Program-made: the position numbers and the translations under genes
Shown here: in pieces, positions 36,367 to 48,919 of the stretch
How the letters are laid out: each line of letters starts with the position of its first letter
How positions within the stretch are numbered: the stretch's first letter is position 1
NCBI GenBank assembly: GCA_050250895.1
Contig: JBFWNU010000008.1
Location: 224,001 to 288,000, forward strand
DNA length: 64,000 nucleotides
Direction of reading: 5' to 3'
Origin: Vulcanimicrobiota bacterium
GTDB taxonomy: Bacteria > Vulcanimicrobiota > Xenobia > Xenobiales > JADMJV01
Notes under the pieces: generated by a model
Database searches by the model: none
Seen by the model: only the letters and a program-made list of their open reading frames with translations
What the model was told of the DNA's origin: nothing

Positions 36367-37092
36367 ATGAAGGATACGACCACTGCCCCCGACCCGCGCC
36401 TGCGGCCGTTGGGCTGGCTGCTGCACCTCTACACCGGTTCCGGAGCGGTCTTCGGGCTGCTGGCCTTGCAAGCCACCGACGCCGGGGACTATCGCCAGGC
36501 CTTCCTGTGGATGGCGGTGACGCTGGTGATCGACGCCAGCGATGGCACCCTGGCCCGCATGCTCAAGATCGATCGCCTGATTCCGCAGATCGATGGACGC
36601 TGCCTTGACGATGTGGTCGACTACTTCACCTACGTGCTGGTTCCAATGGCCTTCGTGCTCAAAGCCGGGCTGGTCATCCCGACTGTGTGGGCGGTGGTGT
36701 TGCCGGTGATGGCCAGCGGATTGGGTTTTGCCAACCGGCAGGCCAAGACCGACGACGACTTCTTCCTGGGCTTTCCGTCCTACTGGAATGTGGTCGTGCT
36801 CTACATCTGGATGTTCGACTGGGCGCCCTGGCTCAACACCCTCATCATCACCGCAATCGGCTTGATGGTGCTCGTGCCGACCCGCTACATCTATCCGAGC
36901 AAGACCAAGCAATACCAGGGCCTGACCGTGGGTCTGTGCGTGCTGTGGGGCGTGCAGGTGCTGCTCGCCTTTTGCGTGCCCGATCGATTGCCCGACTGGT
37001 GGCTCGTTTCGACCCTTTATTTCCCGGTCTACTATCTGGCTTTGTCGCTACACCTGCACCGTCAGGCGGCTTCGCGCACGTCGGACGACTGA
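36367..37092 (+). CDS. CDP-alcohol phosphatidyltransferase (phosphatidylcholine synthase-like)
   Basis: DASDGTLAR...DGRCLDDVVDY; FLGFPSYWN. Confidence 0.88.
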   Translation: MKDTTTAPDPRLRPLGWLLHLYTGSGAVFGLLALQATDAGDYRQAFLWMAVTLVIDASDGTLARMLKIDRLIPQIDGRCLDDVVDYFTYVLVPMAFVLKAGLVIPTVWAVVLPVMASGLGFANRQAKTDDDFFLGFPSYWNVVVLYIWMFDWAPWLNTLIITAIGLMVLVPTRYIYPSKTKQYQGLTVGLCVLWGVQVLLAFCVPDRLPDWWLVSTLYFPVYYLALSLHLHRQAASRTSDD

Positions 37093-38159
37093 GGCGGTTC
37101 GGCGGGTTTGTCAGGGCCGGGCGGGTCACCGCCTTCGCCCTTCTCTTCTTTGGCAAACAGCGCGATCTGGGCTTGCTGGACGGTCTCCATGATGCCACCC
37201 AGGACGAAGCCCGACAGGCCGCCATCGCTGTACTGATAGCCGCGAATGCCTTCTTTGATGAACGAGGCCGGCAGCGAGCCAAGGGCGTTGCGCTTTTTCT
37301 CGTCCACTTCGGTGGGCAGCACTTTTTCGATGCCTTTGCCGATGTCTTCGGCCAGGTTGCGGAAGAACTGCGAGAAGCGCGGGCCGATAAAGGGGCCGGC
37401 GGCGCCAGCAGCCGCCGAATAGGCCATGATGGTGGCCAGTCCACCAGGGGGGTTGAAGACCTGGGCCAGCACCGCTCCAGCCGCTGCCCCGGTGGCTCCG
37501 CCGATGACGGCAGTGACCAATTTTTGCATCTTGGGCTTGTCCTTGAGGAACTCGGTCTCGGCCAGCTGGCTGCCCAGGCGCACACCGGCCACGGCCCCCA
37601 GGCCGCCGCCCAGTTTGGCTGGACCGTCCACGCCGAAGGCCGAAATCATGGTGGCGTTGCCGCCCGAATCACGAACTCTCGACTCGCCATGGGCGCGGAT
37701 GGTCTGGAAGAGGCCCAGCAAGGCACCGTTGGCCACGGCGCCGGGATTGCCGGTGTAGAGGCCGATGACGTAGCCGGCGGCGGCGCCCACGCCGGTGCCG
37801 GTGACCAGACCCAAAATCTGGCTGCCAGATTTATTCTGAGCGGTCGCTCCGCCCAGGGCCGAGGCGGCTCCGGCGGCAGCACCGGGCAGACCCCAGAGGT
37901 AAAAGCCTTCGGTGCCACCCTGAAAGGCGGCCTGAAAGAGAGAAGCGCCATTAAAGTTGCCGGCTGTGTGGGGGCGCGGCGAGGTATAGTCATCCAACCA
38001 CTTGATCCCCTTCTTCAAGGGGGAAAGGACCCCGCCGTCCGAGCTGGGCTCGGGTTCGGGCTTGACCGGCACGTCCACTTTGTCAGGCGGACCTTCCTGG
38101 CGTGGGGCGGCGCGCGAGGCGAGGGGTGAGGGAGCAGAGACAAGGCTGGGAATATACAT
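37062..38159 (-). CDS. Glycine-zipper-rich membrane-active hypothetical protein
   Basis: Multiple GxxxG/AxxxG helices; Pro-rich N-terminus without a Sec signal. Confidence 0.75.
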   Translation of the reverse strand: MYIPSLVSAPSPLASRAAPRQEGPPDKVDVPVKPEPEPSSDGGVLSPLKKGIKWLDDYTSPRPHTAGNFNGASLFQAAFQGGTEGFYLWGLPGAAAGAASALGGATAQNKSGSQILGLVTGTGVGAAAGYVIGLYTGNPGAVANGALLGLFQTIRAHGESRVRDSGGNATMISAFGVDGPAKLGGGLGAVAGVRLGSQLAETEFLKDKPKMQKLVTAVIGGATGAAAGAVLAQVFNPPGGLATIMAYSAAAGAAGPFIGPRFSQFFRNLAEDIGKGIEKVLPTEVDEKKRNALGSLPASFIKEGIRGYQYSDGGLSGFVLGGIMETVQQAQIALFAKEEKGEGGDPPGPDKPAEPPQSSDVREAA

Positions 38160-38242
38160 ACCAGCACGTTACCGCGACTTGCTGAAAACATGCTGAAATT
38201 CTGACAAGCAGGCGGGCGGGCTGCCTTCGCGAAACGCATAGA

Positions 38243-39559
38243 GTGCAGCAGTTGGGGGATTTTCTGGCCGGCCTGGCCAGAGGCCGGATCGAGTCGACCG
38301 GCAAGTTCACGCTCAACCTGAGCAAGGCCCGCGCTAAACTTCGCGAGTATCGACTGGCCGAGCCGGGCCTGTATCTGTTGAAGCTGATTCAGGGAGCCGT
38401 GGCCGCCGGCTGCCGCACGTTCCGCTGCCAGATCGAGGCCGATGAGGTGGCGGTCGAGTTCCAGGCTCGCGAGAGCGAACTGCCGATTTCTCGGCTGCTG
38501 GCAGCTCTCGAGAATCCGCAAGAACTCAAAGATAGCCCCCTGCGCCATCTGGCCATCGGTCTGACGGCCGCCCTGGTCTATCGTTCGGCTGAGCTGCGTC
38601 TCGAGGCTTTCACCCAGCGTTCTAGTTTGGCTTTGCGCTTGACCGAGGAAGCCCTGGAACCCCTGGCTGTAACGGTCTCGCCCGAGGTTTCACGCAAGGC
38701 AGTCGTTTTTCGACTGACCTTGAGACGAGCTGCTTCTTTGATGGCCGAGCTGCGGCTGCAACTGGGCGAACGGGCGGCCGAGCATCATCTGGTCTATTCC
38801 CGTTGCCGATTTGCCCGAACCGAGATCGTGGTGGACGGCAAGCCCATCCCGAGGGGTTGGGCCGCGCCGTCGGGTCAGTCGTGGCATCACCAGCTGGCCG
38901 AGCCATTCTGGTTGGCCCAGCGCATCCATCGCGCCCGCACCCGCAAGGGGTCGCTGTGGTTTCCGCCGTTCGGGCCCTGCAAGCTCGAGCGGAGTGCCGA
39001 CGCTTTTTTGTTGGAATACGACGCCTACGAGCACGGCTATATCTTCCTGCATCAGTTCTTGAACGCCCGAGGAGCCGAGATGGCGCCCGAGCGCGACGAA
39101 GGCTATCCCGTTTCGATGGCCTTTTTGGTTCCCTCGGCCCTCGAAGGGCCGGCTCAGGTGGTGGCTGTTAAAGGCGGCGTCACCCTCGAGCCGGTCGAGT
39201 TAGCGGGCCTGGACTGCCCGGGAACGCTCTGCCTGGTGCTCGGTGATGAGCTCGAAACCGACCTGTCGGAGTTTCAGGTGCGCCAAACGACCGAGTGGAC
39301 TCGTCGGCTCGAGGACCTCGAAGTCGAGCTGCGGATTTTGGCTCGCCAGCTACGGCTCAACCTGGACCGGCTGGATATTCCCCCTTCCCGGTCGGGACGA
39401 ATGGCGGTGGGACAGGTCGTCAGTCTGGCGGCCACCGGGTTGTTCTTCTGGAAGTTGGTGCCGGTGTGCTGCGGCGTGCTGGCCCTGATGAGCCATCTGC
39501 GCGAGGGAAACCGGAGCGAGGGTCTGCGCAACGGCCTGATGAAGAGGCTGGGCGGGTGA
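38243..39559 (+). CDS. Hypothetical protein (possible degenerate GHKL-like N-terminus, C-terminal TM)
   Basis: GKFTLNLSKARAKL..YLLKLIQGAV. Confidence 0.7.
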   Translation: MQQLGDFLAGLARGRIESTGKFTLNLSKARAKLREYRLAEPGLYLLKLIQGAVAAGCRTFRCQIEADEVAVEFQARESELPISRLLAALENPQELKDSPLRHLAIGLTAALVYRSAELRLEAFTQRSSLALRLTEEALEPLAVTVSPEVSRKAVVFRLTLRRAASLMAELRLQLGERAAEHHLVYSRCRFARTEIVVDGKPIPRGWAAPSGQSWHHQLAEPFWLAQRIHRARTRKGSLWFPPFGPCKLERSADAFLLEYDAYEHGYIFLHQFLNARGAEMAPERDEGYPVSMAFLVPSALEGPAQVVAVKGGVTLEPVELAGLDCPGTLCLVLGDELETDLSEFQVRQTTEWTRRLEDLEVELRILARQLRLNLDRLDIPPSRSGRMAVGQVVSLAATGLFFWKLVPVCCGVLALMSHLREGNRSEGLRNGLMKRLGG

Positions 39560-39579
39560 GGCCCCAGAAAGAAGCGAGG

Positions 39580-40083
39580 GTGAGAAGGATCGCCCTGGGT
39601 GGCTTGCTGTTGCTGGGTCTGGTGGGTCTCGCCCTGGCCGAGGGTGATGCTCCCCCGGCGCCCAAGCTCAAGAATGTGAAGGTTTGGTATTACCCGCCGG
39701 CCGGCGAGCCGGTGGCGCTGGTGTGGTGGCAGCCTGACAAACTGCCCGTTTCGAACCGCCACTATCGCTTCGACCGCGGCGGTCGCTTTCGCACTCGGGT
39801 CGAGATGGAAGGAGGGTTCGTCAAAGACGGCCGGGTGGTCAATTTCGTGACGATCGCCTTTCGCGATACCAACTCGAACATGTTTCAGCTGCCCATCTCG
39901 CAGAGCCTGGTGGAGGGGCCGGTCAAAGATGTTTTCTGGAGCCCGCCTACTCGCTTTGCCTCAGGCGACATGGATTTTCAAGTTGCTCTCTGGAACGACG
40001 TCTTGCCCAAGGTGAGTCTCGATACTTCCATCGTGGATCGCACCGACTTTCTGATGTTGGGCCGCCTCGACCCGCCCCGCTAA
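39580..40083 (+). CDS. Secreted hypothetical protein
   Basis: Signal peptide ending ALA. Confidence 0.7.
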   Translation: MRRIALGGLLLLGLVGLALAEGDAPPAPKLKNVKVWYYPPAGEPVALVWWQPDKLPVSNRHYRFDRGGRFRTRVEMEGGFVKDGRVVNFVTIAFRDTNSNMFQLPISQSLVEGPVKDVFWSPPTRFASGDMDFQVALWNDVLPKVSLDTSIVDRTDFLMLGRLDPPR

Positions 40084-41345
40084 GCCTGACCCTCCGAAAC
40101 GGCCTGGTTGAGGCCCGCCATCAAGGCTAGGAGCCCTTCGCCCGCCGTGCTCAGCTCGTTGCGGGCGACGCGCAACAGCGCGGTATCCCCGTTGTCTAGA
40201 AAGAGAGAGACCTTGTCGAGGGCCTGCCCAAACGCGTCGAGATGCGTCTGAAAGTTCTGACTCAGCTCGGCGATCTGGGCCGCTCGCTCGGGCTGGGAGG
40301 GGTCGACCGGGGGCAGGTTGTCGAGCTGGCGGCGCACTGCCTGAAAGCGAGCCCATACCGAGCGATACTCTTCGGCCAATTCGCGGGCCGAAACGCGGCC
40401 AAACTCGGCCGCTTCGATGGTGCCGAGCAGGCGGGCGAAAAGCTCTGGCTGAGCCGGACCGGTGACCGCGCTGATGGTTTCTTCGATGCGCAGGTCCACC
40501 TCGGGGCCGGCCAGTTGCGAGCGGGTCGAGAAGGTGGGCTGGGCTGCCCCGCAATTGGCGCAGACCTTGACGGACCGTTCGAGCCTCTGGCCGCAGGATA
40601 CGCACGGCACCAGGTGGGCGGTAGCCTGGCGTTCGGCCAGGCTCTGCTGGATCTCGAGCAGTTCGTCGGTCAGCTGGCTGATACCGTCGAGATACTCCCC
40701 GATCTCATCGACCTGGTCGGGGGCCTCGAGCAAGAGCGCCTCGAGTTCGAGCAGACTGACCAGCAGTTCTTCCACCATCGCCACCAGGTCGGGAGCGTTG
40801 CCAGCCAGCCATTCCTCTTCTTCGGGTCTCGGTTCGGCCGCCGACAGCGCCGTCAACATTCGTTGCTGCTCGGCGATTAGAGGCAGCAGCCGTTCGTGCA
40901 GCAGCTCGGCCGAGAGTTTCTCTTCGAGGAAGTCGTGGCCGGCCTGCAGCAGGGCATCGACGTAGGGTGAGTCCGACAGCTTTTCGCGAGCGGCCTCTTC
41001 GTCGCGCAGTTCGCCGAAGGCTTCAAAGAGGAGCTCGAGACCGCGCCGGACCGGGCCGGCCAGCAAGTCGCGCAATCCCTCGAAGTCGCCTGCCTCGACT
41101 TTCTCGCTCACCTCGGGAAAGAGCTCGAGCAAACGATTGAACTGCCGGTAAACGCGAGGCAAGGCGGCCTGCAGAGTAGGGGTGGAGCGGGCGAAGCGGA
41201 CCTCATAGTTGAAGTGCGTCAGCATGCCGGCCAGATCGCGCTCGAGATTGATCACCTGGGCTTCGACCTCGTCGAGGGTGTGCGTTTCCAGCGCCTGCAT
41301 CAGCTGGTTGAACGAAGACAGAGGGGTCAGAAGTTTATCGGACAT
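40080..41345 (-). CDS. Helical protein with internal zinc ribbon
   Basis: CVSCG...CANCG; start uncertain. Confidence 0.75.
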   Translation of the reverse strand: MSDKLLTPLSSFNQLMQALETHTLDEVEAQVINLERDLAGMLTHFNYEVRFARSTPTLQAALPRVYRQFNRLLELFPEVSEKVEAGDFEGLRDLLAGPVRRGLELLFEAFGELRDEEAAREKLSDSPYVDALLQAGHDFLEEKLSAELLHERLLPLIAEQQRMLTALSAAEPRPEEEEWLAGNAPDLVAMVEELLVSLLELEALLLEAPDQVDEIGEYLDGISQLTDELLEIQQSLAERQATAHLVPCVSCGQRLERSVKVCANCGAAQPTFSTRSQLAGPEVDLRIEETISAVTGPAQPELFARLLGTIEAAEFGRVSARELAEEYRSVWARFQAVRRQLDNLPPVDPSQPERAAQIAELSQNFQTHLDAFGQALDKVSLFLDNGDTALLRVARNELSTAGEGLLALMAGLNQAVSEGQA

Positions 41346-41545
41346 TGTATCGCGCAGACTTCTCAGCTTGTGAGCATTCAGGTTGGGTTCGAACAACCGG
41401 ACCACCTCGTGAGCACTTTCAAAAAAAACTTTGTCCTCCCTCTTTACTTTGGGTCGGGCAGGAGTGATACACGGTAAAAGCTCGAAATATATAGGTCCAA
41501 CAAAAGCTACAGATCCAAGGCCACACACCGGAGGAGTACACGACA

Positions 41546-42256
41546 ATGTTTGCACCCATGATGATGCCGATGCAGTCCGGGGGAATGAACCCTATGATGG
41601 GCATGTTCGGCATGTTCCAAATGTTCCAGATGCTTCAGATGTTGATGATGCTGATGGGACAGGGTCAAGGTCAGGGCCAGTGCGGCTGCCAGGGCGGTTA
41701 TCCCCAGGGCTACAATAACTACCTCGGCAACTCGTTTGGCATGCCCGGTTCCGGCGGCAACTGGAACGGCTACCCGTCGATGCCCTACGGCAACAACTAC
41801 GGCACCCCTCCCTACTGCGGCCCCGAAAGCTTTGGTCCGGTGCCTTACAACGGTAGCGGACAGGGTCTGGCGGGATTGGCCGCGTCGATGAACGGTCGCC
41901 ATTTCAAGCCCGGACAGACGAAACGCTGTGCTGACTTCGTCAGCACGATGATCGAGCAGTCCGGCATGGCCCCTCCAGGCTTCCGTCACCAGATGAGCGC
42001 CGCCGGTTTGGCCAACTACGGCACGGCTGTCGGCAGGCAAGACCTCAAGCCCGGAGACGTCGTCTTCTTCGGCAACACTTATCGCCCGGGACGTTACACT
42101 CACGTGGGTATCTATCTGGGCGACGGACGCTTCGCTCATCGGCCCACGGCGAACAAACCGGTTCGCATCGACCGACTCGATTCTGGCTACTACTCCAGCC
42201 ACTACACCGGTGCCCGCCGGCTACCCGCCGCGTCTTCCCCCGGCGTCGCCGTCTAA
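41546..42256 (+). CDS. NlpC/P60 peptidoglycan hydrolase with Met/Gln/Gly-rich N-terminus
   Basis: CADFVS, LKPGDVVFF, THVGIYLG, H; GGAGG RBS. Confidence 0.9.
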   Translation: MFAPMMMPMQSGGMNPMMGMFGMFQMFQMLQMLMMLMGQGQGQGQCGCQGGYPQGYNNYLGNSFGMPGSGGNWNGYPSMPYGNNYGTPPYCGPESFGPVPYNGSGQGLAGLAASMNGRHFKPGQTKRCADFVSTMIEQSGMAPPGFRHQMSAAGLANYGTAVGRQDLKPGDVVFFGNTYRPGRYTHVGIYLGDGRFAHRPTANKPVRIDRLDSGYYSSHYTGARRLPAASSPGVAV

Positions 42257-42297
42257 GTCTAAAGGGATCGGCCCCGGCCGCGCCGCAAGGTCAGGCC

Positions 42298-42750
42298 ATG
42301 GCTGAACAACCCACTTTGATACCAGAAAGCGCTTTGCAAGAAGCGCTTTCTGCCGTTCTGGAAGTCAACCTGGAAGACGACTACCAGGCCGACCTGTTTC
42401 GAGTTTCGGGGGCTCACAAGGATGACGGGCTGACGCTCAAGGTGGAGGCTCCTGACGGGCCCACCTTCGACGAGGCGATTCTGGCCGTTTTCTACGATGT
42501 CTTCTTCGAGTTGCCCGCTATCGCGCCCGAAACCCTCTACGATTTTCACTGGGTCAGCTACACGGATCGCACGTTTCAGAGCCCGGCTCATCACACCCAC
42601 CTGCACACCCAGGTCGGATTGATGCCCGACAGCATCGGTTTTACTCAAGAGCAGTGGCAGGCCTACTTCGAGCAGCTGGTTTACACCCGCGATGGCAAGG
42701 CTCTCGAGATGCCCGGGCCGCAAGAATTTTGGGAGGACGACCAGGAGTGA
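42298..42750 (+). CDS. Hypothetical acidic protein
   Basis: ORF coupled (GTGA) to the dehydrogenase. Confidence 0.75.
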   Translation: MAEQPTLIPESALQEALSAVLEVNLEDDYQADLFRVSGAHKDDGLTLKVEAPDGPTFDEAILAVFYDVFFELPAIAPETLYDFHWVSYTDRTFQSPAHHTHLHTQVGLMPDSIGFTQEQWQAYFEQLVYTRDGKALEMPGPQEFWEDDQE

Positions 42751-43679
42751 AAGGTCTCTATTTTGACGGCAAGCTCAGCCTGCGCGACAATCTGCCCGAC
42801 CCGGCCTTGACCCCTGGCGAGGCCGTGATCGCCACCACCCTGGCCGGTGTCTGCAAGACCGACATGGAGATCGTGAAGGGCTACATGGGTTTTTCGGGGG
42901 TGTTGGGTCACGAGTTCGTGGGAGTGGTCAAGCAGTGTGACGACCCGAGCTGGGTGGGCCGCCGGGTGGTGGGGGAAATCAATTGCGCCCCGGCCACCGA
43001 TCCTCGTCATGTGAGCGAGCGAACGGTGCTGGGCATCGTGGGCCGGGATGGCGCCATGGCCGAGGCCTTTCGTTTGCCGGTGGCCAATTTGCTCGAGGTT
43101 CCCGAAGGAGTGCCCGACGAGGTGGCCGTGTTTACCGAGCCGGTGGCCGCCGCCTTCGAGATACTCGAGCAGACCGCGATTACCGCTAACGACCGGGTAT
43201 TGGTCCTGGGGGACGGCCGCCTGGGCAACCTCATCGCCCAGGTGCTGGCCACCACCGGCTGTGAGCTGGTGATGGTGGGCAAGCACGCGGCCAAGCGCGA
43301 GCTGGCCGAAAGCCTGGGTCTGGCCACCATGGCCCTGAGTGACTTCGAACCGGCGCGCGAATGGGACCTGGTGGTCGATGCCACCGGCTCTTCCGCCGGA
43401 TTTGCCCTGGCCCTCGAGTCGGTGGTGCCGCGGGGCCGAGTGGTTCTCAAGACCACGGTGGCCGATAGTCTGCCGATGAACCTGGCTCCTCTGGTGATTC
43501 ACGAGATCACCCTGATCGGGTCGCGCTGCGGACGATTCGGTCCGGCCCTACAGGCGTTGGCCAAGGAAACCGTCAAAGTCCGGCCGTTGATCAGCGGACG
43601 CTATCATCTCGAACGGGGTGTAGAGGCTTTTCATCAGGCCGGCCAACCCGGCGCTCTAAAGGTGCTACTCGAAGTCTAG
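42747..43679 (+). CDS. Zinc-dependent MDR alcohol dehydrogenase-like protein
   Basis: GVCKTD, GHEFVG, GDGRLG; structural-zinc lobe shortened. Confidence 0.92.
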   Translation: MKGLYFDGKLSLRDNLPDPALTPGEAVIATTLAGVCKTDMEIVKGYMGFSGVLGHEFVGVVKQCDDPSWVGRRVVGEINCAPATDPRHVSERTVLGIVGRDGAMAEAFRLPVANLLEVPEGVPDEVAVFTEPVAAAFEILEQTAITANDRVLVLGDGRLGNLIAQVLATTGCELVMVGKHAAKRELAESLGLATMALSDFEPAREWDLVVDATGSSAGFALALESVVPRGRVVLKTTVADSLPMNLAPLVIHEITLIGSRCGRFGPALQALAKETVKVRPLISGRYHLERGVEAFHQAGQPGALKVLLEV

Positions 43680-43683
43680 AGGG

Positions 43684-44616
43684 TCATTCGCTCAGGCTCA
43701 GAGCCCCCTGGGCCTGAGCTGAGCGGGTCATGGCTTTGTGGACGTAGCCGATAAAATACACGTAGTTGGTGGTCTGCGAGTAGCGCGGGATGCCACCCAG
43801 CTGGCGCACCAGGTTAGGCCCGGCATTGTAGCTGGCCAGGGCCATGGCGCGGGGGTTGCCGTTGCCGTCCCAGTCGCGGATCAGGCCGGAAATCATTTTG
43901 GCGGCGCCAGCCACGTTCTGGGCCGGGTCGTGGGGGTCGACTCCCAACCCTTCGGCGGTGAACGGCATCAATTGGCCCAGTCCGATCGCCCCCGAGACCG
44001 AGCGGGCATCGATATCAAAGGCCGATTCGATCTGAATGAGGGAAGCCAGAAAGAGCGGATCGAGATCGTTGTTGGCGGCTTCCGCCAGGATGGCGGCGGC
44101 AATGGTGCTCAGTTGGCCTGGTTTGTAGTCGGGATTGTGAAAATGCATCCAGCTGGCCAGAAACTCGAACAGGCGCGGATCTCCAACCGAGGCTGGCGGC
44201 GTTGGGGGGGTGAAGGCCCAGTTGCGCGGGGGGCCGAGCAAGATCACCGAGCGGCCGCTCAGACTGGTCACCTGACCGTCTTTGAGTTCGAGATAACCTT
44301 TGACGGCAACCCGGAACCCTTCCCGGTCGTGTTCGAGGTTGAGCACTTTCTTGGGGAAGTGAACGGGAATCTCTCCGGCCGGCGTGCGCAACACGAAGCG
44401 ATGTTTGCCGTTGACCCGCTGCTGGGCCTGGATGCGCCCCTCCCACAGCACCAATTGTCCGTCCCAATAGCTTTTGACCGGACCCTTCAAAGCGCGGCGA
44501 GGACTTAGATCGGCGTTGATGTAGTCGCGACCCGCGTGGGCTGGCCGGAACCAGTCCCTGGCCGCGGCCGGGGCGAGCAGAAGTAGAGCCATCAGGGCTG
44601 CCAGGCGAAGTCTCAT
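43684..44616 (-). CDS. Lytic transglycosylase (SLT domain)
   Basis: IESAF, GAIGLGQLMP, ASYNAG; signal peptide. Confidence 0.92.
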   Translation of the reverse strand: MRLRLAALMALLLLAPAAARDWFRPAHAGRDYINADLSPRRALKGPVKSYWDGQLVLWEGRIQAQQRVNGKHRFVLRTPAGEIPVHFPKKVLNLEHDREGFRVAVKGYLELKDGQVTSLSGRSVILLGPPRNWAFTPPTPPASVGDPRLFEFLASWMHFHNPDYKPGQLSTIAAAILAEAANNDLDPLFLASLIQIESAFDIDARSVSGAIGLGQLMPFTAEGLGVDPHDPAQNVAGAAKMISGLIRDWDGNGNPRAMALASYNAGPNLVRQLGGIPRYSQTTNYVYFIGYVHKAMTRSAQAQGALSLSE

Positions 44617-45530
44617 TTTTCCTCCTGTCGGCCTTTCAAGAAGACCGAGGCCAGCATCGAGATCACGAGTAGTCCGCCCAATACGCCCAGTGCAACCGGC
44701 GTCGGGATCTTGTAATACTCGTCGATCAACATCTTGACGCCGATGAAGACCAGCACGGCTGCCAGTCCGTAGCGCAGATACTCGAAATAGTCCATCAGGC
44801 TGGCCAGGGCGAAATAGAGGGCCCGCAGTCCCAGGATGGCCATGATGTTGGAGGTGTAGACGATAAAGGCGTCCTGGGTGACTCCCAGGATGGCCGGAAT
44901 CGAATCGGTGGCAAAGAGCACATCGGTGGTTTCGAGGGCAACCAGCACGATGAGCAAAGGGGTTGCGTGACGCTTGCCGTCGACGGTCACGAAAAAGCGG
45001 GTGCCGTGGAAGTCGTTGGTGACCGGAATCCAGCGCCGGACCGCTCGCACGACGGCGTTCTCGGGGTTGGCGTCATCGTCGTCGAAGAACAGCATCTTGA
45101 TGCCGCTATAGATGAGCAAGAGCCCGAAGGCATACAGCAGCCAGTGGAAGCGCTCGATCAGAGCCACACCGAGCAAGATGAAGACGGCGCGCATCACCAG
45201 GGCACCCAGGATACCCAGGAAGAGCACGCGATGCTGGAAGGCCGGCGGCACTTTGAAGTAGCTGAAGATCAGCAGGAAGACGAAAAGGTTGTCGACCGAG
45301 AGCGATTTCTCCAGCAGATAGCCGGTGAGAAACTCGATCCCGGCCTGCTCGTTCTGGGTGTAGACCCAGTAGTTGAAGCCCAGGGAAAGAGCGATCCAGA
45401 AAACGCTCCAGGCCAGCGCCTCTTTGATGCCGACGGCGTGATTCTTGCGGTGGAAGACCCCGAGGTCGAGGGCGAGCAGGAATAGAACTGCTACGTTAAA
45501 CCCTATCCACATCGTGTTGGTATATTCCAA
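44613..45530 (-). CDS. terC: TerC/Alx family membrane protein
   Basis: EKSLSVDNLFVF; DVLFATDSIPA; GLRALYF. Confidence 0.95.
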   Translation of the reverse strand: MEYTNTMWIGFNVAVLFLLALDLGVFHRKNHAVGIKEALAWSVFWIALSLGFNYWVYTQNEQAGIEFLTGYLLEKSLSVDNLFVFLLIFSYFKVPPAFQHRVLFLGILGALVMRAVFILLGVALIERFHWLLYAFGLLLIYSGIKMLFFDDDDANPENAVVRAVRRWIPVTNDFHGTRFFVTVDGKRHATPLLIVLVALETTDVLFATDSIPAILGVTQDAFIVYTSNIMAILGLRALYFALASLMDYFEYLRYGLAAVLVFIGVKMLIDEYYKIPTPVALGVLGGLLVISMLASVFLKGRQEEK

Positions 45531-45748
45531 ACCTGCTCCTCGAGACCGGTCGACCCCCTGGACGTCATTTTCCCGGAGTCGCTAATCGGCAAACCGCGTG
45601 GCCTCGCCCTGGCCAAGAAGTATACGCCACATCCCTGTATGACTTGCTTCAATTCGGACAAGTGGGGCGGTTACCTGTTCACATAAATGTGCTTCTCGCC
45701 GTCCTGGCGATTTGTTATAATGCGGTATACACGCCGGAGGTTCAACGT

Positions 45749-46399
45749 ATGGCAGACGCAGGCAGAATGCCACCAGTTCAATTCAAGATTCCTATGCCCC
45801 CGGGGCAGACGCCCCCAGCAGCCGGCCCGGCTCACCCGGCGCCCCCAGCTGAAAGCTTTCAACCCGGACACGTCCCCCAGCAGCCGGTCGCGATGCCGGG
45901 CATCGACCAGCGAGCCGACGCTCCCAAGCACACCAAAGGGATGAGCACCGGAACCAAGGTTCTGCTCGTAGGCGCCGGTCTGGCAGCCGGCATCGGAGGG
46001 ACCCTGGCGGTGGTCAATCACCAACCGGCCGCCCCGACCCTTCAGGTCGAATCCATGAGTCGCTCCGAGCAAGCCGCTCTCAAGCACCTCAACTATCTCA
46101 ACCAGATGGCCTCGAAGGATGGCGGTGGTTTCACCGTAGCTCACCGCTGGCTACCCGGCGTCGAGGTGCCGGCCAAGGATGTGGCCAGCGTCTATCAGCA
46201 GCTTCATGACGGCCACAGCGTCAACTTCTATGAGGCCGAAGGCGAAATCCCGGTCACTATCTCGAATTTTGACCAGCTCCACGATGTCGCCGTCGACGTC
46301 AAGACCCGCGAGATCGAGGCCAAGGTTCAGGGCCACGTCGACCGGGCCGAACGGGCCGTCGAAGACTTCTTCGAAAACATGGGCAACATTTTCCGCTAG
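45749..46399 (+). CDS. Hypothetical protein, Pro-rich N-terminus, one TM segment
   Basis: GGAGG RBS; TATAAT upstream; terminator at ~46414-46444. Confidence 0.75.
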   Translation: MADAGRMPPVQFKIPMPPGQTPPAAGPAHPAPPAESFQPGHVPQQPVAMPGIDQRADAPKHTKGMSTGTKVLLVGAGLAAGIGGTLAVVNHQPAAPTLQVESMSRSEQAALKHLNYLNQMASKDGGGFTVAHRWLPGVEVPAKDVASVYQQLHDGHSVNFYEAEGEIPVTISNFDQLHDVAVDVKTREIEAKVQGHVDRAERAVEDFFENMGNIFR

Positions 46400-46457
46400 C
46401 CTTCTGGAGAAACAAAAAAGGGCCGCCAACCGGCGGCCCTTTTTCGTTGCTGCCTTA

Positions 46458-46532
46458 GGGCCTGTCAGGAAATAACTCGTGCATTCGGGGCGCCTCGGCG
46501 CCCCGAAGGCGACTCTTAATCCCTGACAACCC

Positions 46533-46533
<1 letters not shown>
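46458..46533. mobile_element. MITE-like element
   Basis: Imperfect TIRs GGGCCTGTCAGGAAATAA / TTAATCCCTGACAACCCT, TA(TTA) flanks, internal hairpin. Confidence 0.6.
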
Positions 46534-48788
<2,255 letters not shown>

Positions 48789-48919
48789 TACGTAATAGCA
48801 CTCCAGGCGAAAATGAACCGTCGCTTTCGGTGCATGGCTAGGATTCCCTTCAAGTTTGTCGGCACGATTCGCAGCCTCTCCGGGCAGGCGATCTCTGGCT
48901 GACCCAAAATTTGGTAGGC

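Noticed and set aside
45530-45660. yybP-ykoY riboswitch upstream of terC
   Set aside because: The expected GGGGAGUA and CGUC/GACC motifs could not be placed
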